Shown piece after piece: positions 23,822-37,030 of a stretch of DNA of 64,000 bases. The notes under the pieces were generated by a model, which was given only the letters and a program-made list of their open reading frames with translations, had not been told where the DNA came from and searched no databases. Both the position numbers and the translations under genes were made by a program. Location: NCBI RefSeq assembly GCF_001194135.2, contig NC_068997.1, positions 27,557,495-27,621,494 of the forward strand, given 5' to 3'. Numbering within the stretch: position 1 is the stretch's first letter; each line of letters opens with the position of its first letter. The DNA comes from Octopus bimaculoides. Taxonomy: Eukaryota.

Positions 23822-25868
23822 TATAGGAAAGTGGGTTATACATAATTAGATGTATACCTGACTTTCCTATATAAAATTAAGAAATTAACGGAACGCTGAA
23901 CTCCAGACTATCAACACTAACAACATTTATTCAAGGTGGTATATATACATCATTAGATCTTGTTCGTTGAGACGTCTTCTGTGTGTGTGAGCATGGTTGT
24001 TGGGACGTTGATATGTAGATGTGAGCGAGCTGTCTAGCGTAAGTTCGAAAGATGGAGAGAGACAGCTAAACACGTCCTTGCTCAATTGCTGGCCAGCAAG
24101 AAAGAGACAGAATGAAGTGGGAAAGCTTGGTTGTTGAATTCCACGCATGCGCACGGCGTTACTACAGGGCTCCCCTTGCCAGTGTGGAACGCACGATAAT
24201 ATATATTTTTTTGTTGGAACGCCTGAGGCAGGATGGCCACTGAAAACCACCCACAAGATGTAGCACAAACACACACAAAGAAAAATGAAAGAAATGAAAT
24301 GTACACTNNNNNNNNNNNNNNNNNNNNNNNNNNNNNNNNNNNNNNNNNNNNNNNNNNNNNNNNNNNNNNNNNNNNNNNNNNNNNNNNNNNNNNNNNNNNN
24401 NNNNNNNNNNNNNNNNNNNNNNNNNNNNNNNNNNNNNNNNNNNNNNNNNNNNNNNNNNNNNNNNNNNNNNNNNNNNNNNNNNNNNNNNNNNNNNNNNNNN
24501 NNNNNNNNNNNNNNNNNNNNNNNNNNNNNNNNNNNNNNNNNNNNNNNNNNNNNNNNNNNNNNNNNNNNNNNNNNNNNNNNNNNNNNNNNNNNNNNNNNNN
24601 NNNNNNNNNNNNNNNNNNNNNNNNNNNNNNNNNNNNNNNNNNNNNNNNNNNNNNNNNNNNNNNNNNNNNNNNNNNNNNNNNNNNNNNNNNNNNNNNNNNN
24701 NNNNNNNNNNNNNNNNNNNNNNNNNNNNNNNNNNNNNNNNNNNNNNNNNNNNNNNNNNNNNNNNNNNNNNNNNNNNNNNNNNNNNNNNNNNNNNNNNNNN
24801 NNNNNNNNNNNNNNNNNNNNNNNNNNNNNNNNNNNNNNNNNNNNNNNNNNNNNNNNNNNNNNNNNNNNNNNNNNNNNNNNNNNNNNNNNNNNNNNNNNNN
24901 NNNNNNNNNNNNNNNNNNNNNNNNNNNNNNNNNNNNNNNNNNNNNNNNNNNNNNNNNNNNNNNNNNNNNNNNNNNNNNNNNNNNNNNNNNNNNNNNNNNN
25001 NNNNNNNNNNNNNNNNNNNNNNNNNNNNNNNNNNNNNNNNNNNNNNNNNNNNNNNNNNNNNNNNNNNNNNNAGAGTGTGAATGCGACATATAAGAACATA
25101 ATAAAAGACAGGCCGTCTATATGTATGTGAGATATCACAGCAGATAGAAAGTCAGTACACGTGAGAGTTTTATACCAAGTTCTTGAGTACACAATTGGAA
25201 GTATCGCAGGCTGTAATTCTTGTCTGTTTATTATCGTGGTGAAGCTAAGTCACCTAACAGAATCGAAGAGAGAGATTTGCCGCGGTGGTTTAGTTTGGTG
25301 TACATAGTAAGTCGTGTTGACTATGGTTGGAGATGTTGGTGGTCATCGTTGCTTGGTAGTTCAGTCTCCATGGCCGCATTTGTTCTTTAGTCGGGTTCAC
25401 CAGTTATAGGTTGGTAGTCCAGAATCCATGCTGCGTTTGTTTCTTCGTCGGGGTCACCACTTTATAGGAAAGTTGGTTATACATTAGATGTATACCTGAC
25501 TTTCTTATATAAAATTAAGAATATAACGGAACGCTGAACTCCAGACTATCAACACAAACAACATTTATTTAAGGTGGAATATATATCATTAGCTTTTGTT
25601 CGTTGAGACGTCTTCTGTGTGTGTGAGCATGGTTGTTGGGACGTTGGTATGTAGATGTGAGCGAGCTGTCTAGCGTAAGTTCGAAAGATGGAGAGAGACA
25701 GCTAAACACGTCCTGGCTCAATTGCTGGCCANNNNNNNNNNAGAGAGACAGCTAAACACGTCCTGGCTCAATTGCTGGCCAGCAAGAAAGAGACAGAATG
25801 AAGCGGGAAAGCTTGGTTGTTGAATTCCACGCATGCGTGAGACTACGCATGCGCACGGCGTTACTACA
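23822..25868 (-). mobile_element. Short LTR retroelement (likely Gypsy-related, non-autonomous or TRIM-like)
   Basis: Direct repeats at 23822-24166 and 25463-25868. Minus-strand ends are TG...TA. PBS TGGTGACCCCGACG at 25459-25446, PPT GGCAAGGGGAGCCC at 24180-24167, TSD AGTT(T) at 23818 and 25869. The interior contains a 764-N gap and no gag/pol motif in the called sequence. Confidence 0.88.
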
Positions 25869-26049
25869 AGTTTGTTATTGGGGTCTGTTAATCAGAAATT
25901 TGACGGTTAACTGGATTTATTGGGTTATGCATTAGCTAGTTATTAGGTTATTGTGGATTTGTGACATATGTGTGTATGCGTGTGTGAATGTGTGTATGAA
26001 TGCGTGTGTGAATGTGTGCGTGCGTGTACGTGTGTGTGTGTGTGTGTAA

Positions 26050-26704
26050 CAGACGAATGGTATTTAAGTTTGCGACAATTGGTTCGTTGAAAATTTATTT
26101 GATTCAGTTGTAACAGATTGCATCAATTTCGACGATAAATCTTGGTCAGTCATTTTCTTCAAGATATATCAAGAATATGATTGCAGTCAGCGACCGTTGA
26201 AATATCTTAATTTTAATCTCGTGTTTGAACATTATTAGAGACAACTAATGAAACGAGTTAGCACCTGAATATCACAAATATAACAGCCAAGAATTTGTTA
26301 TGGTTCGAAGCGATTTATTTAAAATATGCATACTTTTTCTGATGATATAGACATTGCTGCATTTCGTTCTTGGGTACATGAAACAGAATTCATCAATAAT
26401 ATTTGAATCTTGTCCATTTTGCTTTAGGTCACTATTTTCGTAAATATATTATTTAAAAAAAAATCTGTAGCCATTTTTTAAGTTGAGGTGCAAATGTGTT
26501 GATCTTCATCATTTATGACTTTAGATATGTTTTTGAAGATCTTTTTTTTTTTCTTTTTAGTGGAAGATGCGAAATTGTAACGTAAAAAGTGAATTTGTTT
26601 TTCCTTCTTTTCTTTTATCAATAAATTATATTAGGAAGGTGTAAAGTGATAGTATCTTTCGCTGCTGAGAGTAGTACACTAACTCATAAGTGTGTATGAA
26701 AATA

Positions 26705-26739
<35 letters not shown>

Positions 26740-26835
26740 TTGTGTGTGTGTGTGTATGACAGACGAATGGCATTTAAGTTTGCGACACTTGGTCCGTTGA
26801 AAATTTATTCGATTCAATTGTAACAGATTGCATCA
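26050..26835 (+). repeat. 76-bp direct repeat pair (26050-26125 and 26760-26835)
   Basis: cagacgaatgg(t/c)atttaagtttgcgaca...gtaacagattgcatca occurs twice, each time after (TG)n. Confidence 0.85.
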
Positions 26836-26999
26836 TATTACATAATTATTATTTCGCTACTAGCAAAAGCTAGTCGGCGAAGTTATGGTTGACTAAGTTT
26901 GTGTAATGCCGGAAGAGGAGGCATTTATGTGATATGATATAATCTGCTACGACTGCATTTTAAACGTTCGGACAGTGTAATGACACTCGTTCAAAACAT

Positions 27000-27877
27000 T
27001 ATCAGTGGTAATCTCGGAAAATTAATGAGGGCTATTATTACTAAAGAAGTTCAGGTGTCTGAGTGATCTCTCAAACCTGCGGTGCACGGGGATATTCGAT
27101 ACAAGTCGTACGTCCCGAGGAGAGACCAATTCATGCCTGCAAAGGTACCGTGCCAAGCAGTTACTTAAGAAAGCTAAAATCTCACACGAACATAGCATAC
27201 TTTGGTTCATCTCAGGAAAGAAAAACTCCGACCACGATCAAAAGTTTGACGGGAGAAATGACAGATGGTTATGTACGGGTCTTACTGACTTCTCCAGAGT
27301 GATTGCGATGGCTTATAGGAGTAGTGAGTAACGAAGGTCATGGCATTCCTGATCACATCTTTCCATAGGGTCTTACAATTAATGCTGCTGGATACGTTGA
27401 GGTGCTGAAGACCGTTGTTAAGCCCTGAATAGATGAAGTACACAGTAGAGGCCATGTGTCATTCAACAAGTCTCAGCACTTCTCACAAAGCCCGTAACTC
27501 AAGAATGAATGTCAGACAATCTTTACAATCATGAAACACCAAACGTGTGGCCTCCAAACTCATCAGGTTTAAATTTCATGGGTTATTGTTGAAAGGGAGA
27601 CTAATCGACATCTTCCTAGCTTCACTGAAAGCAACCATTGGCCAGGTGATATCCAATATTGATAAGGAACATTTAGTGCAGGTATGGTAGGCATGTCAAC
27701 GATTCCAGTTCTGCATTGAAGCAGTCATCGTAGCTGAAGGCGGATGCATAGAATTATCTTACAAGAAAGCTTATCGAGAACATGTGTAGATATTTTTTAT
27801 TAAAATACATTTGACTTTTGCTAGATTAGAGAAGTTTTAACTTATCAAATGTCTTCAAATAACTTTCACACTATGTA
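27000..27877 (+). mobile_element. Decayed Tc1/mariner transposon
   Basis: Fragments EVLKTVVKP*ID, tggcctccaaactcatcagg (WPPNS-like), VERETNRH and ASLKATIGQVISNIDKEHLVQ...FCIEAVIVAEGGCIE match the Tc1/mariner C-terminus. Confidence 0.75.
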
Positions 27878-29460
27878 TGTATGTGTATATGTAAAGGAGA
27901 GATTAATTCAGTAAAGTCAGCAGCCATCCAATAGCTGGTAGTGAGAAACACTCTAGTCTTTGCTTATCATCTCTCTTGGAGAGGGAAATTCCGAAATAAC
28001 ACCTGCTTCATTGCAAAACTCGAGATCTTGCTATTGCCTAGTTGATATTTTGATGTCTTCCACAGAAATGTGACATAATATACATTTTCGGTTGCATCTA
28101 AGAGTTTCAGTGTCTCTTTTGTTTATCAGGTATTTTGTAGCAATCTCGTTCTTTGATTGAAAATGCATAGCCTTCGAAGACTGATGCGATGTAGCTGTCA
28201 CCAGTTCAAGCCAAGCAGAACTTCATGTCAATATTATTGCCATCTTAATGTCTTGGAAAAACATACACATGAATAGTCTACTTTTTTGGTATGCTGAGGG
28301 TTTCACATCCAGGTCTTCTTTGAGTTATGTATGTATAGATATATGTATATATGCATGTATGTATATATGTATGTGTACACAGATAGACAGGCAGCTAGAT
28401 AGATAGATTTTACATATATTCAGACATAAATGCACACATACACAGATAATTAGCGACCAACTACTCAGACGAACATTTGTCTTATTTGAATGAATCTTTG
28501 CAGATGTTGTCGGCATTGTCCTGTTTCAACAATCAATTATTTACAACCACCACTACTGACACCGCCATTACCGACAATAACCACAATCACCACCACTACT
28601 ACTAACAACAACCTGGCCCCAGAATCTATAAATTTCTGGAGCTGACACACATTTCTTTCCCCCAAATGTTCAACAGGTCACGTGGCCCTTTCTACCACTC
28701 CCCCCATCCTGCTTTTGGCCTCCTTTAAAGTTTCTAATTTCCTTATAGTTTTTTGTTTCTTCTTTTTTTTCTGTTTTTAAATGTATTTATTTATTTTCAT
28801 TCGCCTCCTCCCCACCCCTGCCTTCCCAATGAATGTTTCCTTGCACAAACATGCTTCCTCTGGCAGGTGACCTTCATCTTGGCCGTTTTAGCCAGCAGAG
28901 TTGGCTAAAATAGCAACAACTATTACGGAGAACAAATATACTCAATTATGTAGTTCCGGTTTGAAGAGCGGGGGAGATGGAGTGACGGGCAGAGGTGGAG
29001 AATGAAAGGCAGGTAAGCAAGATTTGTGTAATTAGGCAGGGATGGCGGTTTCATTAAGGAAGGTGGGATGTGGTAATTGTTTTACCTGGTAGTCTCTTTA
29101 CGGTCTGCTGTTTTAAAAATAGACTTCCATAAACAAAATGTTAATAACTACATAGAAAAATGTGGATTGGCCAAAATTGTTCGTGCGATATTTGTTCCGG
29201 TTCCAGTTCCAGTTCTTTGCGTTCTGTGTTCAAATCCTTCCGAAACCAATTTTGCCTTGCATTCTTCGGGAGTCAATAAAATGAAGTAACAGTGTTACTA
29301 GGCAACGATACAATAGACTAAACCCCGCTCTACCTCAAATTTCAGGTCTTGTGTCTACGTAAGAAAGAGTTAACTATTTAAAAAGAAATCAGTAAATGAC
29401 CTTTCTGTCGAGAGAAGTTGTGGAGAACTAGTCCCAGGGCAGTTCGTATAATTTCCATTG

Positions 29461-29720
29461 CTGGAATCAATTCTTTCTTGTGGTTAGGAAAGAGTTGAAT
29501 TAGGATCAATGTTGGGTTCAACTTCTTGTGGTTAAAGAAAGGGATGAGCTGGAATCAGTTCCTTTTTGTGGCTAAGGAAAGAGAAGAGCTGTGATCAAGT
29601 CCTTTTTGTGGCTAAGGAAAAGGATGAGCTGGGATCAATTCCTTCTTGTGGCTAAGGAAAAGGATGAGCTGGGATCAATTCCTTCTTGTGGCTAAGGAAA
29701 AGGATGAGCTGGGATCAATG
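29461..29720. repeat. 40-bp minisatellite, about 6 copies
   Basis: Unit GGGATCAATTCCTTCTTGTGGCTAAGGAAAAGGATGAGCT is exact at 29631-29710 and degenerate to the left. Confidence 0.9.
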
Positions 29721-29761
29721 CTGAGATCCAAGAAGCAAGCTGTGATCAGTACTGCAATCAA

Positions 29762-29890
29762 TGCAGATGTGGAAGAGGTGAAGTCAAAAACGACGGAGGC
29801 GTTAAAAGCATCATTTTGCAAGAGTTCCAGCACTGCTTTGAACAGTGGAAAATGAGTTTGGACCGATGCGTCTAATGCAACTGTAATAAC
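29762..29890 (+). mobile_element. Mariner transposase C-terminal remnant
   Basis: ADVEEVKSKTTEALK / LQEFQHCFEQWKMSLDRCV across one frameshift matches the mariner C-terminal consensus. Confidence 0.7.
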
Positions 29891-31578
29891 GATGGGAGAT
29901 CATGCACCATAGATGAGGGAGCTAGATAAACAGAAATTTGTTGGGTACAATAACTTTTACAAATAACAGAATATCGAAAACAAGCCAAAATATCAAAGGC
30001 TTAAATCTTCATTTGCTTGTCAGCTATTTGCAATGAGAGGATGACAACAAAACAATAGTGATGGTGGCTGATGGCATTAATGCAAAACATCATTGCTAGA
30101 AACAGAAGTTTTCATCATGCAATAATTCTCCTCACCAAATTATAAACGTCTATAAAGTTGATCTGAAAGAAGAGGAAAGTGAAATACAGCTCATTTATGA
30201 TAAATCAATAGTTTCTTACTTTATTCCAGTATAAAGTCACAATATTGTATTTACATAAACAGGATCATATTTTGCCCCCTTACAAAACCACATTAAAGTA
30301 TCTTTCAATATGCATATGAGGAAACAGACTAGATATATATATATATATATTTTTTTTTTTATAAATTTTCTTGTAATATAGGGGTGCATCATCCACACCA
30401 GCAAATATGGTATCTTCTCACGTAAAATGCTTGGGTTTAAAGGGTCTGTTAGGAAATATGTTTTGAAATCAAACAACTTTTCCTTTGTAAATCAGATAAG
30501 TCTCATGAGTGAATCGCATAAACCAATAAGTTAATTTCTTACCAACTTTCAGTAAATCAGGTAACACATACAGATGTTTAGGAAAAAAACACGTTTATAG
30601 TATATAGTCATGACAATCTCATTAAAAGATTATAATCGAAGCTGACTAAAGCAAGAAACAAGTTGTCAGAACCAGTAAATTGGAGACAAATGACTCCCTA
30701 GCAGGCCCAAAGGAACAATTATATAGGACCAGGCATATGCTATCTGAACAGATCGTATATTACCACCACCAATGCTATAAGAGTGTTTATAGCCAAGACA
30801 CTTAATCATATCTTAGCTACAAATAGGTAACATGGTTCACATCTACAGCTGGGTGAACTGAGTTCTGGGAGACTGTACAGTACTAATGACAAAGTCTGAA
30901 ATAAAAACTATTCCATTAGTTAATCACAGAGATTGCTGATCTCACCTGTCAGACATATACACAATAGAAACATTAATTAGCTAATGATCTTCAAACTTGT
31001 TACAGAAGAGCATACAAAAAAAGCAACAAAAGAAACAAAAACAATAAAAAAAAAAGCAACCCCAAATCTAATCAAATGTTTTTATTTGACAAGAAAGGTC
31101 ATTTTCACATGGATGAATGGCAATATGCCAAATAAAAACGCACAAAAAAAACCAAATGATCTCCAATACATGTGTTAACCAGTCAGTTGCTAGATGACAG
31201 ACATTAAGGAGATGAAAGACTATTGTGAAGCACTGACGATACAACCCCAGATTCTTGCCCCTACATTAGATTGGCAGTTCCAGCAGAAGATTAAACCAGA
31301 GTGTTTCATCAGAGTCAGAGTGGCAGTTCTTCAACAACTGAAACTGGAAGATTGTAGGCAAGTTTCAACATAGAACATTACAGTTGAATTACAGGGAAAA
31401 TGGAGAAAATTATTTGCAGAGTTAATTTGGTTAGCATTGCCATTAGTTAAAGTCTGAAATTAAATAAGCAAAACTGTAATGGTACAGCAACCAATAAAAT
31501 GATTTGTCCAGGCTCCTCAACATTGGAAATGGAATTTTGTTTATTTTTGTTGGTTCATATTTAGAAATAACAGAGAGA

Positions 31579-31618
<40 letters not shown>

Positions 31619-32978
31619 TGAGAAAGAGAAAAGAGGGCATTATATATACATATATATATAACATATCTTGGAAAAGATAAACCATTTCCTCAATACTCAG
31701 TGACATTTTTCAAACATTCTATTGCTATTGAGGCCAGTTGACACAAATATCAAACTGCAACATAAATTTGGGAGTTCCATAGAAATTATGATTCCAGGCA
31801 TTGTACAATGATAAAAATGAAATAAACTGTTGGAAATGACAGCCAGTGAATAAAAAGATCATTTCAGTTTGCATCTGCTTCTCTTCCCTCCCCCCCTCTC
31901 TCTTCTCTAAATAGATGTATTGACTAGGCACAGGCCTCTATTTAGAGTGGATGATCAACTTTTAAGTATATCAGCCATAGATATTTGAGACTGATACACC
32001 CAAAAGGGATGACGGGTAAAGTCAACAATAACAAAGTATTTAACAGTATTTACTTGAATCTTCCCTCCACATAAGATGACATAGCATTGTTGAAGAGGAG
32101 AAACAGGTAAAGAAAGATAAGGTTTTTCAATGTCGTAGCAGTAGTATTGCTTCACACATGGACTCTGGCCCCCATCATTACATTAGACATGACTAACAAC
32201 ATAACGAATGTTAATGAGTAAAACTAACTAGTACAAAATGATGAGTATCAGAAATGGACAATGGAATACTTTAACTAGTGGTACAAAGATTGCATCCATT
32301 TTCGTTTAACGGCGGTGGAGGTGATGGTGCTAAGGAGAGGGATCCTTTTCTACATTGCAATCTGTCTGTTGATAATTATCTAAATTCAATGATAAATTAC
32401 CTGTTTTCAGACACACTCACACAATCTCAGGTTATGGTTTCTTATAAGAGAGCTTACAGCATTCTGCTGTAATGAATAGGAGAAAAACAAATGTACACAC
32501 ACAAAAAAACACAGAACAAATCTAAGAAGAGAGGTAAAAAATAACAACAGCAATAACAACATCACAAAAATGAATGAGATGGGAGCAAGTGATTTTGACA
32601 AAGAAGGGGAGAAAGTCTGAATTTAATGACCAGTTTGACATTGAAGTTATTATGTAGTGTGGTTATTTACTAACAACCGAGAAGTCATCACTGTACATGT
32701 TCAGTAGAGAAAGTAAAGTAATGAGACAGGTTCAACCTGCATCTCATTAGAATATTTTTTCTGTCTTTAAACAAGAGAAACCACTTCATCGACAGAAATA
32801 GAGTAGAGATTGTATAAATTAAGATGGCTAAATTGGGATTTTAGAGTGTCTCTCTTTTTTCATTTATTTACTTTTATATATATATATCCTTTTTTTTTTT
32901 TTGCATTCTGGTGTTGTCCCCTTTTGACTATGTTTTTAGACAACCGGAAATAATAAAAAAAGTCAATGTCTTAAATTA

Positions 32979-33685
32979 TTAAATAGCTCTGGGGAACCTT
33001 GGTATATACACCTGATGACCTATAATTATTGAGCCTGGGGGGTGTATCTGAGTGAGGAGTGGCTGAGGTGAAGCCAATGGCATAAGTTGACTGGGAGCCG
33101 CGATGAGTTGATGATGAAATGGATGGGCTGCAGCAGCTATTGGTAGCCCAGCAGCAGCAGTTGCATGTAAGTGATGGAGAGCATGGTGACCAGCCAAAGC
33201 ATGGTGCGGATGGTGGTGATGGGCAGCTCCATGAGACATCTGTGGAATGGCGATAACTGGTCCTCCAGCCTGGATTGGAAACGTGCCCTGAGACTGGAGC
33301 AACGCATTTGGAGGGATCATTATCTGCTGCTGTTGACAGAACGGCACCATCGGGTGGTGTGCAATGACTGGGCTACCGGCGTGTTGCGCCTGCGGTAAGA
33401 GAATCTGCTGCTGTAAGTGCTGAGGTTCAGGTTCCGGCAAAGCCAAAATTCCAGGTTGCTCCTCGGTCTCTTCATCAGACACTACAGTCGAAACCTGCCC
33501 TTCCATTTCCATTGACTCATCATCATCACTCTCTTCAACTTGGCCTGTCTCCTTCTGATGCTGACGCCTCTGTTGCTTTAATGCATGTTTCTGTGCCATC
33601 TCCTGTAAGTGCTTATATTGCTCTGCCTGTTCTGGAGGGATGATAGGGAGTGGCATTGGCGAGATATCTTCACAGCTCTTTTTCT
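32979..33685 (-). CDS. GPATCH8: GPATCH8/ZNF804-like protein, C-terminal coding segment to stop codon
   Basis: PIIPPEQAEQYKHLQEMAQKHALKQQ resembles GPATCH8 [21 protein letters not shown]. It is followed by a His/Ala/Pro-rich tail and a TAA stop at 32981-32979. Confidence 0.8.
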
Positions 33686-34166
33686 NNNNNNNNNNNNNNN
33701 NNNNNNNNNNNNNNNNNNNNNNNNNNNNNNNNNNNNNNNNNNNNNNNNNNNNNNNNNNNNNNNNNNNNNNNNNNNNNNNNNNNNNNNNNNNNNNNNNNNN
33801 NNNNNNNNNNNNNNNNNNNNNNNNNNNNNNNNNNNNNNNNNNNNNNNNNNNNNNNNNNNNNNNNNNNNNNNNNNNNNNNNNNNNNNNNNNNNNNNNNNNN
33901 NNNNNNNNNNNNNNNNNNNNNNNNNNNNNNNNNNNNNNNNNNNNNNNNNNNNNNNNNNNNNNNNNNNNNNNNNNNNNNNNNNNNNNNNNNNNNNNNNNNN
34001 NNNNNNNNNNNNNNNNNNNNNNNNNNNNNNNNNNNNNNNNNNNNNNNNNNNNNNNNNNNNNNNNNNNNNNNNNNNNNNNNNNNNNNNNNNNNNNNNNNNN
34101 NNNNNNNNNNNNNNNNNNNNNNNNNNNNNNNNNNNNNNNNNNNNNNNNNNNNNNNNNNNNNNNNNN

Positions 34167-37030
34167 TAGGAATGATGGCTGCAGAGGGTGGTGGCTGTGA
34201 GAGGTCGGGTAGAGGATGCAAGAGATTATCATTTGCAGCAGCTGGGAAGCGCGGTGGAGGTATGAGTTGAGGAGGGGGAGGGGGAGGGCGCGTTTGATTA
34301 TCGGGTGTTAAGTGGGCAGCCTCTGCCACTTGGAAAGGAGGCAAGGGGATATTTTTCAAGCCACCGCTGCTTGGTTTCGCATCACTGCTGTTGCTCGGCG
34401 CAGCTGTGTCAGCCTTGCTAGTGACACTGGTTGTTGCAGTGCTAGCTTCACTGACAGGTGTAGCTGACTTGGTACTTTCTCCTGTGGAACTTTTCCCTTT
34501 ACTTTTGTCCTGTTGGTCACTTCCACCATCTTTGATATCACCAGGCATTGGAATTTTAGCAGGATCAAGCTTGCCACTTTTATCATTGTCACTCTTTTTA
34601 CTCTGAAGACTTTGAGAATATTTTTTGGTCGAGTAAGAAGAACTATATCTGGGTTCTGGACTACTTTTGTGTCTGTAATCTGATTTAGATTTGTGGGGTG
34701 AGCGTGACTTTGAATGAGACTTATGATACGACCGTGACCTTGATCGCGACCTCGAGTAGGAGGAAGATTTGGAGTGTGATCGTGAGTAGGAATATGAGCG
34801 AGAGCGACCCCGTGACTCTGATCGACTTCTTGACCGGCTACTGCTGCTAGTGTATGATCGGTGTTCACTGGAATAGGATCTGTATCTTCTAGAATGGCTG
34901 TACGAGCTGGAACGAGTTCGAGACCGGTGCCGGCTGCAAGAGCGTGATGCCGTACGCCTGCGCCTGTAACGATAGTCGTCTTCCGAATAACTACTGTAGG
35001 AGTAACGTCGACCTCTGTGAGAACCATGTCTTTCGTAGGACACTGACCGTGATCGTGACCTCGATCGAGAATTGCTGGATGAATGTGACCTAGAGTGCCT
35101 ATGTTTTGATTTGTCTGAATAATGCGAGTCTCTATCGCTGTAAGATGAGCTATAAGAATGTTCCCTGCTTCGACACTGACTCTCACTGTGATGACTCTCA
35201 CCAGAATAACATTTCTTTCGTTTGTAGCTTTTCTGTACAGAGCAAGAAGGCTGATCCGTATCACTTCCAGAGCTTTGATGGTAATTTTCAATACGGGAGT
35301 CAACTTTCGAACTTGAAAATGCACTTTTATTATTACTATTATTATTATTATTACTATTATTATTGTTGTTGCTATTATTATTATTATTTTTATTAATTTC
35401 TTTTTTATCGGTCTGTATGGATTCATCACCATTCTTCTTTCTCTTAAAGACTTCACTGTTATTTTTAGACTTCAAACATGAATTAACAGGGGATTCAACA
35501 TCACTATCACTGCTTGTGTCCCATGATGCTTTGTTCCCTTCCGGGTCGAAGCGAGCTTCAAATAGATTTTCCATTTTACTCCATGTGTCTTCTTCACTCT
35601 TTATACAAGGATTTTTAGATGCTTTCCTCTTACTATTTAAAGGAGAATCAATATCACCAGAATGGCGCTTCCTCTCGCTGCTAGAACCAGCCTTTACACA
35701 AACAGTTTCTTCTTTTGAAATTTTCTTACAATCATCCATAGATTCAAATAAAGAACCAGAAGTACCAACGCTCACAGGTCTTTTCTTACTTACATCAGGC
35801 TTTTCCTCTTCACCCATAGAAATGGCAGTAGTAGTAGTAGCAGTAGCAACAGCAGTGGACTGCTTAGAGTCCAGCTCAGGTAATTCACTTCGATCAACAC
35901 CGACCAATTTAACTTTGGTTTTGTGAACTTTGGCAACCTTACTATTATCAGATGCTGCTGCTGCTGTAGTTTCTTCTTCTGAAGAAATATTGCCACTTTC
36001 AGATTTCAGTTGTGATTTTCTTTTCTTCAACTGTTTATTTTTCAGACCGATGCCATATGGACCTGTAGTTTCCTCTTCGCTCTCATGACCACTTTGAGAT
36101 TGCTTCTCAAACTCATCACTTTTGTGCCTTTTCTTCTTGGATTTTCTTGATTTGTGTTTTTTATGCTTGCTTTTATGTGAACTTTTGTTCCGAACTGCTT
36201 CACCACCGTCTCCTAACTCAGTATCAGACTTGGTGCCAGATTGATGAGATCGTTTCTTTTTCTTCTTATGTCTTTTATTCTTCCCACTTTCCACAGACAC
36301 ATTCTTATTATCATCTTTGCCAGAAACACCTTCCTCTGTTTTATGCTCTTTCTTCTTGTGTTTCTTTTTCTTCTTCTTCTTCGCTTTTGGTTCATCTTCA
36401 TCAGAGTGATGTTGAGTGGACAATTTTCGCTTTTTCTTCTTAGACTTCCTTGCCAGTGGCTTACTTTCCTTCAGCTCATCCTTGTTAGTGAAGCTATTTA
36501 CCTCCACCTTTACAGTTGACATCTCCTCACTTTTCACTTTTACTTTAGTTTTAGAAACATCATCGCTTTTCTGAGATTTATTCTTCGGTAATAATTCACT
36601 GAAGTCAAAGAAGAGAGGATTACAGCTATAGGTTATGGGAGGCTGAGTTTTTGTATACTGGATCATTTCAACAGGCCAGTCTAACTCAAGTGTTTGTTCT
36701 TTGTTAAGAACTTTTAAAAATGGCATTCCAGCAGGTGGCAAATCTTTAGCAGCCGGCTTCTCTTCAGAAGACTTCTCAGACTTTTCTGCATCACCTTTTT
36801 CTACACTATCACTGGTTTCTTCAGCTGCTTTACTTTCTTTAGGTTCTCTCTCACTTTCACCAGAATGTAACAGTTTTTCATCTCTTTCCTTACCAAATGG
36901 AACCGAAGATGATAACTTTTGCCCCATTTTTCGACAAAAGGAGAATGAAATGGCACTTTTAGATCCTTCACTGTCATCCAATACATCACAGCTCTCTTCT
37001 GCACCAGTGGAATCTGGTGGATGCTGTTCC
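34167..37030 (-). CDS. GPATCH8: GPATCH8/ZNF804-like protein, large exon (Lys-rich and RS-rich regions), 3' end in gap
   Basis: T-rich ATTAG acceptor at 37031. Motifs ISFSFCRK and PFLKVLNKEQTLELDWPVEMIQYTKTQPPITYSCNPLFFDF match GPATCH8 VSFSFAKK and [41 protein letters not shown]. Lys-rich then RS-rich segments follow in the same order. Confidence 0.9.

Noticed and set aside
25692-25781. ~40-bp tandem duplication inside the right LTR
   Set aside because: The copies sit on either side of a 10-N gap, so this is an unmerged contig overlap, not biology.
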